Assembly (NCBI GenBank): GCA_965637545.1
Contig: OZ281497.1
Location: forward strand, 18,786,001 to 18,850,000
Origin: Phallusia mammillata
Taxonomy: Eukaryota
DNA: 64,000 bases
Reading direction: 5' to 3'
This document shows positions 21,901 to 35,220 of this stretch, in pieces. Numbering within the stretch: the stretch's first letter is position 1; each line of letters starts with the position of its first letter. The notes under the pieces are model-generated. The model saw nothing but the letters and a program-made list of their open reading frames with translations. It was not told the DNA's origin and searched no databases. Position numbers and translations under genes: made by a program.

Positions 21901-24900
21901 TTATCGTGTGTGGCCAGATTTGAGATTTATTACTCATTATCGACTTGAAAACAACTCGTGGGAATTTATTCGCGGTGTTTTGTCTCCGTTTATGAATAGG
22001 GCTCATTGAGCCAACGTTGTTGGACATCAGACTTTTAAAAACATTTTGCTGCACGTCTCACTAACGCCCCTGTGTTTGTTAATTCACGAAAACAAACTCG
22101 CGAAGACGGGTGCCTGGTAGAAAACTGACAGCGGCGTCGTGCGGTCTTGCTAGCCTAAAAATATCTTCCGCCCTTTTACTTGTACGTGGGCGTGCGGCAT
22201 AGTTGATGAAAACAAACTGCACAAACCGCATGGGGCGTAAGCAGTCGTTATGATCACACGCTGCGACTAGTAAACATTCAAACAACGTATGAACGTTCCG
22301 GTGTTCCCCATGCAGCAAAACAAAGAGTCCACCACAAGCCTATAACGAGTCTCCCGTGGTCCGCTGTTATCTGATGCGGAGTAGGTCTCCAATTTTCCGC
22401 GCATCGACGATTTCTCCCTTGCCGGAATTTCAGCGGGAATTGCGGTTGCAAGACGGAAAATTCTCCACAGGGCCAGGTATGCCGAACTCGCTGTTAAGGT
22501 GATAGGGCGTGTGTTGTGTCTCCTGGTGGCCTCTTGTCGTGTTTACAGGCCCTGACATGGTGATGTCGATCTATGAGATTAGAGGGAATTTAGAGTGTGT
22601 CGGCATTTCTATAAAAGGCCCCAGATAAAGTAAAGTTGGCCGTGGCTACCATAACCGCTATATTACAAAATGAAAACAAAATTCTCCTCCTACCTAGTAA
22701 ACGTGACAGTAACCAAAGTGGAATTATGTATTCCGCACGGTCTTATTGTTGAAACACACTTTTTCGATTGTTGAAATTCCGTAACGTTAAGACTCCTTTA
22801 GTTCATTAAAATTGTATTTTTTGGGCGCATAGTTTTGAGAAAAAACGTGACCGGCCATCATTGTTATATTTGTTGTTGGAATTAGCCCCTGTAGATCGCA
22901 ATCTGGGAATGTGATTTGACAAATGAGCCTAATTGGCAATGTATTTTTACTGTCACCTAAAAATCCTCCTTACGCATAAAGTCATGGCTATTGCGTGACA
23001 CTAAATCAACCTTTTATTGGAAAGAAACGCTTCGCCACCTGCAACAAAATGTGAGTGACAGTGTAAATATCTGCCATTTCGGAATTAACATAAATACAAC
23101 GCGCCACTACACGATATAAGTGACACGACAAAACCAAAAGCCTACAATTTTGCGGCCTTGCCAGGTCGCCTTCGATTCCGCTGCAACAGGCAATTTCACT
23201 TGTTTTTACGTTTCCGCTTGCCTCCGGTGCGGCATGGCACGACATTTACCGTTTTCGCGCCGTGGAAGTCTACCTGAAGTGTGCAATGCCTTTATTAACT
23301 CCTGCAACATATAGTTTACGGTGACCGCGGTGTGTCTACTTGACATTGTCATTGGCTGGATGTCACGCGTAGTTTTTTGTGTTATTGGATATAAAATTTC
23401 ACGAAATCCACCTATATGTGTGCGCGTGGTTTATTTATTTATTGCTTCGTGAAGTCGAGTGCATAATAAGAGCTTAAACGTACACAAGTAAGTAAGGCCG
23501 ACATGCCAGAGTTAAATCCCCGTGTGGATCCGGCATCATCAGTTTACGAATATCTGGGTAAATCTTTGCCTCTGTCCAGATATGCCGTTACATAACGTGT
23601 CTGGCTAGAGTTCGTAAGTCAGTAGGCTAATGCGATTGTCAGGTCGCTTGTTTGCGACTTAACTTGTCCTCTACCTTGTCGCTTCTGTTTTCTCACGACC
23701 GCACCGGTTCGGTCCTCTCGGTCCCTCGCACCGAGCATTTGTTATCCGCCCAGCTTTTCTCCCTACAGAACCGATTTTCCGCGGTAACCGACCGAGCCGA
23801 AAAGGCGCAAGTCATCAGTTCCCGACCCTCCCACAAAATCAGATTACTCGCATAATCGTCGCGCGGTGCCTTCACGCTCTTGTTTGCCAAGCAGCACTTT
23901 CACTCGACACTGCAACGGATCCTTGGCATTCGCGTCATTCAGGGTTTTGACACGCATTCTTGCTTTGCGATAACGCGCGCTTGAATTCGTGCAGCTGGAA
24001 CGCAGGTTATCTCCCCAACCCAAAGGCTTCATGTCATAAAAGTCACAATTCAATCCCTCACTCCCGTTTCCCATCACCTGTCAGCGCCAGCTCTCAGTCG
24101 CTGCGTATAATCTCACCGATGACAGTCAAATGACGTGTGTTTGACCGCATCAGCATTCAGTGGTGCGCGTTATGTTTCGCTTGCGACTTCCATATTCCGT
24201 CAGGTGTAAGCGGAGTCGCTTGTTGTTGTCGGAAGAAGTTCGCCTATACCGCTCGTGTTGTGACGGTTAGACCACGGCAACAACATATGCGATATTAAAA
24301 AGAACAAACTTAACACGCTGGGTGTTTGCCCATCGCCGATAATTACACGGAAGCTTTGGACGCAGGCAACACGTTTGTCCACACGCGATACTCATCAGCG
24401 ATCGTTGAGCCGCAAATGACCAGACATTTCTGATCCGTCGCCAATTACCAACACATGTGCGAGTGTTTTCTCCCGGGTGTCGCGATATTGCAGGTGGCTT
24501 TCTGCCTTTTAAGACGCCGCGATTAACATAGTTAGACTTCCGTTGGAACACCCGCGCAGTGCAAACCAGAAAATGGTTCGCACGCATCTCATCGCCGTAT
24601 CATCAGTTACAGATTGCGTGGTCTATGACTGTAGGGGCAATTTTGGAGTCACCCGAAACCCTCAACTGGCCAGTCACCTTCCCATGCTCCTGTATAATTA
24701 GGACCGCCCATGCAGTTGACCACCGCTGTTGTTTGGTTGTTGTGTGTCATACACTCCAAAGCCGTACGCCTGTGGCGCCTGTCGTTTCCCAGCTTTCCCT
24801 GGACGTTTTGTGCAATAATCCTGTTCTTAGGCGATTTCCGGTAAAGCGGAAATTTTGCTTCAGCATAACGAGGTCATTAAGTAACCGCGACCGACATACA

Positions 24901-27900
24901 ACACCGATTGGAGCTTGACCTGGCTTCGTGTTTACGGATTAGCCATACCCACCACACGCAATCACCAGACTGTTGTATTTTTACATGCAATGTGTGTTTT
25001 TGTATCTCTCAGTTATATGTCAAGACCCACGTTGTTAAAAGTGGCAGCACATTCTTACATCGCCAAAGACACAATAATCACACGTAGATCCGCTTGGAGG
25101 TTTTTGATGATGCGATAAAAGAGAATTATTTCGACAGGCGTCGTCAGTCAGCAGCTAAATCCTCGCATACTTCTTTGCCAGGCCTATAAAGCTCTCCATT
25201 ATGTTCTATTTTAAGTAACAAATGCGTTCATCTCAAACGACATGTGCACTTGTCATGTAACTTTTTATGCGCTTGAAATGTCTTGTTTAATTTGACGTTG
25301 CTGTCTTTGAGGTGATAAAGTTGGAGATTATGTTTTCTTTGACAAATTTACAATCACGAATCCCACATAGTTCCTTGAAATCTTTACCGAGTGTTCTCAT
25401 TCGGATTTAAAGGTCACCGTAGGTCAACGAATTACCCCCGCCATCAGTCACTTGTCGAATACATTTATAGCGAACCGGCTTTTCATGTGTAGAAGGCGAT
25501 GCTCACCAACAAGCAGAACTGATTTTACAATCTTTTATTGCTGTTTTGTCTGTTGGGGTCGTGACACGCGGCTGTCCTTGGGCGGTGTGCAATTGCACAG
25601 TTGTTCTGCGGTGAGAGATCAGCGCAGCAAACGCAAGTCGTACTTTCCACCAACGACCAGTTTATAGTTGGTGTGTTCGGACAGATCGTGAGTTGAAACG
25701 AGGTTATGTGAATTCGAAGTCAATGTTGCAGACGGTATTTATATTTAATTGTACACATCGTATGTCAGTTGCAGTTTGAGCGAAATTAAAGTTGATGTGA
25801 GGTTCGCTACAGGGCAATGTCATTTCGGACGACAAAAATGCATGGATGGTTCGCAAAGTGAACAATTTTTGCACCAATTGAGTTAAAAAACACGCGTTCA
25901 ATTTAGACCGTGTTTTTTTTCTGCTTGCTAGTTCCCATCATCTCTAAGATTTAATCGTTAGAGAATAATGGTCGGCTTTGCGCGCTACAGCTCGTAAAAT
26001 GCGTTGAGGGCGTTATAGGGTCGCATTCGGCAACCGGCTGTACCCGGACAGCAATTGTTGGCTCGTGTTTTACTGCTTTGTCAAAAGTTCACTGGAGTGG
26101 GTCAAATCACGTGTGACCTTTTGCTTTGCACTCCTGGTACCGATTGGACCCTCCTACGTTTCTAATGCAGGCGACGAGTGCGTTCACTTAAGCGGCGAAT
26201 GGACCCAAGTTCAAAGCGCAGCCGTTTATTGCGGACACACTAGGCGACGGGTGAGGTTTAGAAGCCAAGGAAAGCCAATTGTGAAATTTTGAAGAGGTTG
26301 TTAATTTTCTATATTCAGGTCGCTGCGCTTGTTAAGCAAGTATAGAACAGTTTTCATACAACCTTGCTGACTTTTAAACAGTCTTTACTTGTCGTTAATA
26401 TGGCTAAATACCATTGTTAAAGTTAATAGTTTTGGCCGTCAAGAACAAACTACATCTAATGTATGCTATTGTGCTTTAAATAACCCCGTACTACAAAGAA
26501 AAGAAATTACATCCACTTAAACTGTCAGGTGCATTTTTTTCAGAATGTCAGATCGTGTAGCAGCCTTTGTATCAGAACACGAAATAAAAATTACAGTTGG
26601 TCTGGAGGAATTCCAAGGCCCTCGAAAGAATGAAACAAGTTTACAGCCTTGAAGGCTTCAAAACTGAGCCTTCGGTGACACGGAGGTGTCGTTTTAGGTC
26701 GCACTAGAGTTCAGGTTACAAGTTTGTGGGTCGACAATCGCTTGCGGTTCAGCGGAGCTCGGCGGAAACGGGCGATGTTTTGTCAAATTTCGGCGACGCG
26801 TGTACTGTGAACCTTTCCGATGCAATCTCAATTGCCCGAGCTTCGCGTCATGCCATCGTCGTTACCTTATTTGCGGTCGGAGCAGCGGAAATGCAGAGAA
26901 CGCTTAAGATATGAAATTGTGTATTTTGCGGTAAGACCCTTGAACAATTTTAAAACCGTGCGGAATGAGCAAAAATGCGCAAATGTACAGTTTAAATAGA
27001 GTTTACGCTAACAGCCCTTGCCAAATATTTTCTTGCGTATAGTAATGCACAACCTTAAGCCAGCTGTCATATTACTTCTGTAATGGACTCGCTTGTTAGC
27101 TGACAAGACACTGAACGATCTTGCCTCGCATTCCGTAGCACTTGTCCTCAATGGCGCGTTAAGTCTTGCAGGTGACAAAGCGAACCTGTGGCCAAACGAT
27201 GAGCGACAGGCCTCGATTAATGCAACTCGTCGGAAGATCCTCTTCCATTTGCGGGATTTAAATGTTTGACTAACATCAGTCGATCTCTGCGTTAAGTTTA
27301 GTTTCCGCTCTCTGTGGCCTCTGTCTATTTACGAGCGTTTGTACCGGGTTACTATATCTCGCCTGTTATTTTCGTTTCCCTCGACCCGGATTCGTTCGCG
27401 CAAAGTTTACAAAACAGCGATGCCCAGGTTGAAGTGCGGGCGTGAAGTGTTTTAACCGGGAGGGAAATGGGCTTGGGCGGGTTTTCCTGGGTTACAGGCG
27501 ATTAGAGCAGGTATTTCGAAATTGTGAAGACGAACTTGACGCGCTCCCATATAGTTGCACGCCGGATTGAATATCAAGCGCTTGATATCGCGAGGGTCCG
27601 GTTTTGTACGGAAATGATTGGAATACCTTAATATGCACACCTAGGTACGAGATTTTCCCACGTATTCCGAGGAGGGTGACGACATTTGCTAACCGTGCCT
27701 ACTCGCCTTCCCCGTTAAATAGCAAGTCACTCCGCTCTCGTTGTACTGACGGTCTACTATTGAGTCACGACCGTGGACCCGTTCGCCGCTATGACGTCAC
27801 TCGGTGGCCATAACAGAACCAACAGAGGTAGCTACAAAGCCGCGTACCACTGAAATCGCGCATGGTAGTTGTTTTTGCCGATTATTGACAGTGCATACAG

Positions 27901-30900
27901 CGCTGCGCTCTCGATTAATGTCACCAACGTGTATTTACTCGCCTTTGTGCGGCCACGGTTGTAAGTCCAAGCGACGGTCGCTTTCCAGTGCGACAAAAGA
28001 ACGCGGGGCGGGTGACGGGCCGTCAAACCAACCAGTTGTGACGTCACGTATGTCGTTTGTCAGGCGGGACGTTGGCTTTTGAAGAGTATTGTTTTGTGTT
28101 TGCTGTAGTTTTTCGTCCCCGCGCCACAGTGCTGAGCCGCGTGGCCCGAACGCGGGTCAAAGTACCGCCTTGGCGCGCGTGTGGACTCAAGCGTCTTCAG
28201 CAATCGCGCCGGCGTAACAGCCTGCATGACATCGGAAAGTGAATCAACAGCGGCTCATCCTTGTGATTTATTTGTGCAGACAATTGCCCAGGCTATATGA
28301 AAGGGAGCGCTTCGCGTGCAATCGCTTGTGCACACAGCTTTTTTAGAGCTTCAGGCTCGTTTGTCGCATGTTTGTTGTTGTCGGTATCTATAGTTGCCGA
28401 CTGCAGACTTATCGTCGAGTCTTCGAAAGTCCCTCGGCTTACGCTCGTTACACTGTGTTCAAGGAGCGCATATCCACTATCAGCTGTTCCAAGTGTTTGT
28501 TGATCTGCGAAAATCATGTAAAGTTTTAAACATCAAACGAACGGATTTATCCCACACAAACATGTATTTAAGTTCAAATTCGGATATTTCGTTTGCATAA
28601 CAAAGCAAAATTTAAATGTCACAAAAGTTTACAAATTCACAACAAGTTTTACTATGAGATAATTGTACACATATATTTAACACGCGCAGTATTAGATTAA
28701 TGTTATTTTCTTGGCCATAAGTGGACAACTTAGTGTTCTAACGCTGACTACGACCCTGTGAACTTAAAGTGGTCGTCGGTTGTTGACTGCCGCTTCTCGC
28801 TGAACCTTGCACCGCTTGAGCACTTGATGAGAGTATAATTCGAAAGTCAGAAATAGCGAGTCATTGGGCGAATTTATCGAGTTGTTGACGGGTGTCGATC
28901 GTTAGTCCTGAAACGACGGTGCAAAGTTTTACGAGAGATAAATTTTGCCACGCAACGTTCGTAGGGTTACAGTCCTAGGTTGTCGGGCACAGTACGCTAT
29001 CCTAAACCGTATAAGCCCCTTATACAGGGTGCTTAGTCCTAATATAGAAGTCACTCGCTGAACTTTACTTTAAATGGCAATTTGTGGTCGGAAAACATAA
29101 CTTGTGATGTTTGCTACTCCATCCCAGGTCACCGGTTCGATTTAAACGATTTTACGCCTCGATACACAAATCGTAACGTGCAAATCATACCCGGTGCACG
29201 TTCGTCTTAAATCATCTCCACCGCGTCGCCACATCAAAGCAACTGTTCCTTTGAATCCGCCGTTAATTGCGCGACGCTCTTTGCCGTCCACTGCCACATT
29301 GCTGCCCCGGGTTACCTCATCGTGTCGTTTATATCTGTTAAAATAAACAAATATCCTGGTACGATGCCGGTTGACGGGTCGTCGGCAAAAATCACGAAGG
29401 TATCGATTGAAATCGCGAGATTCTATCGCAACGCTGTAAAAGCAAACTTGTTTAATCGATTCCCACGCCTCGGCAACCAGCTACACATCTTTTCTCGCAA
29501 TTTACACGTTGACAGGTGAATTGCTATAATAGGTACCTTCGTGGGATAAACGATATCTGCCCAAAATAAATTTGGTGCATGTTTCCGGGATAAATATATT
29601 GGTAAAGTTTTCCAGCCACTAAACGTTACTGACAAATCTAACCTCGTAGTTAACTGAACGAGAGAATGCAAGAAAAAGGGAATATCAGTGAGACGTAAAA
29701 GAGAGGGGGCAGTTGTGACAACCTTTTCTCTCGCAATTTCCCATTAAAGTGGCCTTTCGCGATTTTAACAAGTAAACTTGCCTGGAGCTAGACCGCGTTT
29801 GCAAGCTCTCAGAAGAATTGCAGACTGGTCAGTTTGCAATGCGTACATAGTGTATTGGGACTAGTTTGTGCGACAAAAAAGGATATGTTTGCAGAACTAA
29901 GAGTGTTGCAAAGCAGGTGACATTGTTAAACTTTAACGTGGTGCTTACGTGTAGCCAGTATACATCATGGATGATGCAAATTGTGTTTGAGGTTTATTGT
30001 CACAAGTTGAAGTCCAACACAGTTAGTTAAATTTGCATATTATAGTGAAATATTTATGTCACTGTGAAACATTGGTTGCAATTAAATTATAGGCAAATAA
30101 AGGTCATACGATGATACATTTTCATGGAGTTTACTTTTAGTTTGAAGCCGGTTTCTTATACCCAAAGAAAAGTAAGCTTGAAACAGGATGAAAGCATTTG
30201 TGTACGATAGCGATATATAAAGCGATCTATACTGTGTACGATATGATAGAATGTTATGTGACTGTGGACATTAAAAGCAGTATTGTGTTGTATGAAGTGG
30301 CCAGCATAACGCGAAAACCGGCGTTATTAGGTTGATGGATGCACAATGGAATAGTTTCGCGCTGCATTTAGGTTTATAGTGGACTGGTGTCAAATCGGAA
30401 CTAGCAAACAATGGCGCAGTCGAGTTAAACCGACAACCAGCTGTCCTTGGAGGGCTAGTAAGTGGGTCGAACGCTAGAAATTGGAATAGATGCGGACGCG
30501 TTCAGATTAAACTGCTCGCAATTACTGGGCTCAAACGTAAGTAGATTACTGACCGGCAAACAAACTAACGACTTGCACCTTGGCGAGGCCCTTTATCACC
30601 GGTTTAGATATGGTCAGGCACGAATGCAGACAAGTTTATGGGAAGACGACCGTTTACGATGGTCAGCAGTGTAGTTTCGGGTAATCGCAATTGCAAACTG
30701 ATTGTACTGGTTCCGCGATTGCATATTGTTTGTTATTAGTTTCACCTCGGTTCAAAAATACGCGCAAATTATTAATTAGGTCGGGCTGTGGCAAAACAGA
30801 AGCTTTAATTCTGCAACATTTTTGCACTGTCGTGTCTTTGTTTTACGAGATATGAAATTCATCGCTCAAGATTAAACCATGGTACGTTTTAAACCAAACG

Positions 30901-33900
30901 ATAGTTCGTATTAACTTCCACTTCAATTGTACAAAGACGCTTAACGGTATTTTAGTATCTCCTAGCAATCCGATTCACTGTTCATTGTGGCGTCAGCACT
31001 AGCAGACTTACTTAATATTAAACCGCCATGCAATGATTTTTCCACCTCAATGGTATTACTACGCGCCAATGTTAAGGATTTGGCTTACGCAGTTCATGTG
31101 GGTTGAGATATCTATGCCTCAGACTCTTTACTTTACTTCCAATGATGCTCTTGTTGCTGTTGATTGGTCATAACGTTGCACTGTAAGTCAAAGCGTCGGC
31201 GATGGCTGCAAGTGACAAAACGGATTACGAAGCTTTCAAAAGCTTAACCAATCAGAGGCGCTGGCGTGAGAAACCACATTAAAGTGTGATTGAAGTTTCA
31301 TGATAAACACTTAAACGTGTTGCGCTGGGAAACTACCTTGACCTTTTATCGCGTATTTATGTCGCAACAAATCCATTAAACTTTGATCGTGGTTTTCTGT
31401 ATCTTGCAAACGCTACAAAACAACATCGCCATTGAACTTTGTTACAGCCTTAATCCCTTCGCACGAATTTGTGGGAACGCTGTTTCACCAAAGCCAAAAA
31501 TAGACCCGGGGAACATGTACGTGTAACAATCAATCATGAGATCGGCATCAAAACGGTAAAAACTGGTCCGTTATCTCCCGTTGTGGTTTGAAATACTTAC
31601 AAGTACTTCGGATTTAAAATACATTTTATCTGATAGCGGAATGACTCCTTGCGATGCCCTAATACGAAGCGTAATGAATCACGGGTATGCCACAGAAGTG
31701 CTCTTCTCCTTACTTGATGCGTTGGAATGCTCCCCGCCTCGTAAGACATGCGCTGAGCGTTCACAATGATCGACATGTGTTTGCTTGTCGCCAGTTATGT
31801 ACGTCACATGCGAGTGCGCGTTGCCCAGCGACAGGACGCGAGTTTACGTTTTTGCGCATTTAAAGTACTTTCCCCTCCGACACTGTAGAATGCGTGTTTA
31901 GTAGATGCCTCGAATACTTGGTCCGTGAATGGATTTGGATTTGATAAAAATATTATCACTCTGACGGTGTTTGTTGCTATGTGAATTCCCGACAGGAAAC
32001 GTAAACGGGGACGGATGTTGAGCGCGAGTGTTAATGTACTCAAGTCGCAATATAGTGCTCTCTGTTTGTTTACGTGTTTGTCCCGATCGTGGGAAAGCGC
32101 GGTAGCCCTCTTCCATTAATGCGTGATACTCAACGCTTTCCAGGGTCTCGTCGTTGCCCGGTAAGGCGCGACGGGAAGCAAATGGGCGAGTGATTCCAGG
32201 CCGTGTCTCCCCGCTTATACACCTGTATGGTTCGTCACCTTTCGTCTTTCTGTTTACATGCGGTGGTACATACCCCTTAAGGCCGCTACCGCATTCTGTG
32301 TATGCTTTTAACTTGTCAGCTTACAGTGAACACGTCAGCCCTACAACTTGCGTCTAAATCCAGGTGCATGACGTAGTGGTGGAATTTTCGTTCAGCTTTT
32401 CGCGTCCAGCGGTGCGAGGTGTTCGTAGTGGGTGGGTTTTCGACAGAACCCTGACAAGCCTTTGATACGCGATATATCTAAGCACCTGTGAATTCGAGAA
32501 TCTCTTGCAAGCCCACTTCTGTGTACTTGTGCAGGATTGCATGACTTCCGCCGTCGCACGGGATCAAGACTACGCCGATCTACAAAATTGGTCCCACGGA
32601 CTCGGCTAATAGAGTTTACACCGCAGGTTCAACAACCGCATTGTTGCTTTAGCGCTTTCACAGCCGGCCCGGTGCTTTTGTTGGCTGGGCACACTTTCCT
32701 GAAAGTGATTAACTTCACTTTGCCCTTGCAACCTTTCCAGTGCTGTGAACTGCAACACTGCGAGCACTCGCAGCTCGTCACCGGTTGCAAACATGGTGTA
32801 ATAGGGTTTCAAAATGAGAAGACCGATCACAGCGGCTGGTGTCAGTGTTGTTTTAGGCCCCAATCTCCTCTGCTTTCCCAACGCTGTTCCGAATTCAATT
32901 TTCACCGTGACTGATCACCGTCTTAGCGCGTAATAGTGTTTTCGTTGGCTTACCGCGCCGAGAAAATGATGCCAGAAAGGCACAACGCACCTGCTGCTGT
33001 TATTAGTCAGCTCCCAGGCGTCGGCGGAACGCTACAACGGCGAACGTGTTCAAGTGCTAAAGGGTCCCCGACCCACAAGTGCCGACAGACTTAAATGATA
33101 ACAATCGCTAGCGGTGCATTGTTGTCCAACGTAAACACGGGTTGGGCGAACCCGTAACGTTTTTAGGTCGGGCCAAAAATGTACGATGTCGAATGTCAGG
33201 ATTTGTTGGCGTGACGCGTGACGTGGGTATAGTTGTTCTGTTTTCATCTGGGATGAAGTGCCAGGTGGGTTAAAAAATGCGTTTATAAATGGAAAGCGTG
33301 TATCATCGGGTGGAGCCTGCTCCTGATGCGGGGCGTATAATATTTTGTGTCGCTGACAACAGACGGTCATGTGTATTAATCTACACATATTTATGCATTA
33401 CGTGCAAGGCGACACGTACTGCTTGCAATTTGCCATTTTATGGCGACCAAATGTCGCTGAATCGTCGCCCTTGGCGTAATAACTTTCACCCCAGACTTGA
33501 CAAACGGCGTTGCATGAGAATTACACACTGCGCAAATACAGACCGTTTCACGGACGCCGACTCGCGACCTTTCCCATGCAAAATCGGAAGCGCTAAGCGG
33601 GATGCCACTCTTACCTGCTGATTGGTGCGTCTGCTTTAAAAACAGTAGCCAAATGAGGGGTCTATTGTAGCGCACGCTAGTCGCGCGATGGAAAGTGAGT
33701 CAACCTTCGCGTGCGTCCATTTACGGCGGCAGACACCCGCTAAGTGGACAGTGCAGATAGTAATAGTGTGTCTGTCGTCTACCGCTATCAGTGCCTTTGT
33801 TCGTTTGCCGTGACTATTTATGCGCGATACATTGTTGCTAAATTGTGGCGCGTGAGAACTGGGTCCACCAACGATGGCCTTCCCTGAACGGACAAGTTGT

Positions 33901-35220
33901 TTTTCTACCCCAAAGGTGGATAATTAACTAGATTCAACTTCTCGTGGCTTCATTAACGCACGTGATAATAGGCATTGGTGTCTAAGGTCTCGTCTGGTCA
34001 ATCGTAATTTGCGTGGTGCAACCTACTTGACTAATTGCCGTCAATGTTTACGGGCAAACTTGTAAGCGTAAACAGTCAGCAAGGTTCTTAATTAAGAATT
34101 AGCAATTAGTGCAACACCTTAGGTTTGCATATTTAGCCCCCGCCCCCATTTTTAGTGGTTAATTGCCAAAATCCTACATATTGCGTGGTGCTGTCGCCCG
34201 TCAGTTTATACAACACTTAGACGGAGTACAATATTAATCCCAGTTAGGTTCTAACACTTGGGCGAGTCAAGTGCCGTACGATGTTCGCCAGGCGAGTCGA
34301 CAACCGCCGCATTGGGCCCGTTCTCAGCGTAGATGAAAATCCGAAGGGGTTACTCTGTACGTTCGCAATGCGGCTAATATAAGTATTCATGTTCAGCGGG
34401 GGGCGACTCAACATATATGAGTGGCAACTACGGTGCTCTCACCAGTTTCTGCTTGTTTGTCTACATTCATTTGTCAAAACATTCGCGCCGCGCGGGAATG
34501 GTGCCTCAGCAGCGACGCTAATTCCACTCGTCGTGTTCGGGTTAACGCCGCCTGTCAGTATGTATGTGTGTGAAATTATTCCCTATAAGAGTCCCACTCG
34601 TGCATCGCGTTGGTCGCGACCCGTCCGCCGCATTTGACGATCGTTTGATTTATGGCCTGAAAATTTGTGCACCAATCCGCAACTTCTGCGTTGGTTTCCT
34701 CGCCTCAGCACAGCAGCGCCTTCCCGTATTCCCGAGAAACGAGAAAAAAGCGATCCGGTCTCTTATAACGAAACGCGCGCCTTGTCAGACGGTTTAGTAA
34801 TTGGCGACGCCTGCGACGGCCGCGTCAGTTTTTTGGTCAGACGGAGCGACAACAGCTTGTAGCTTAACTAGTTGTGGCTTTTAAATTTTTCAGTCCTTAT
34901 TTAGAGGCAGCTAGGTGTGTAGTGTGCAGTATCGTAACGGCACAATCAGCACACAGGAATAAACTTATGTCTAGAATGCGATAAGGCAGGGGAGAATAGA
35001 CATAAGTTCCGCCGGCAACCTGTGATCGAATCGCCGCAGGGAAATGTTATCTCGGACCGGATCGTAAACCGGCCTTTTCTAAATGTGTCTTGACTTTCAG
35101 GGACAACTAAGTGATCTAGTCACAGTATGTGTATGAGTTTAAACTACTACCTTGCTGAGACAAGCAAAGCTTTCGCTAACTGATTCAGTTGGAAAAGTCA
35201 TTGCATCTTGTGTGCTTCAG

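Noticed and set aside
22885-22907. Resemblance to mature miR-10 (cccctgtagatcgcaatctgg)
   Set aside because: Several mismatches, no complementary arm to form a precursor hairpin, and no Hox context.
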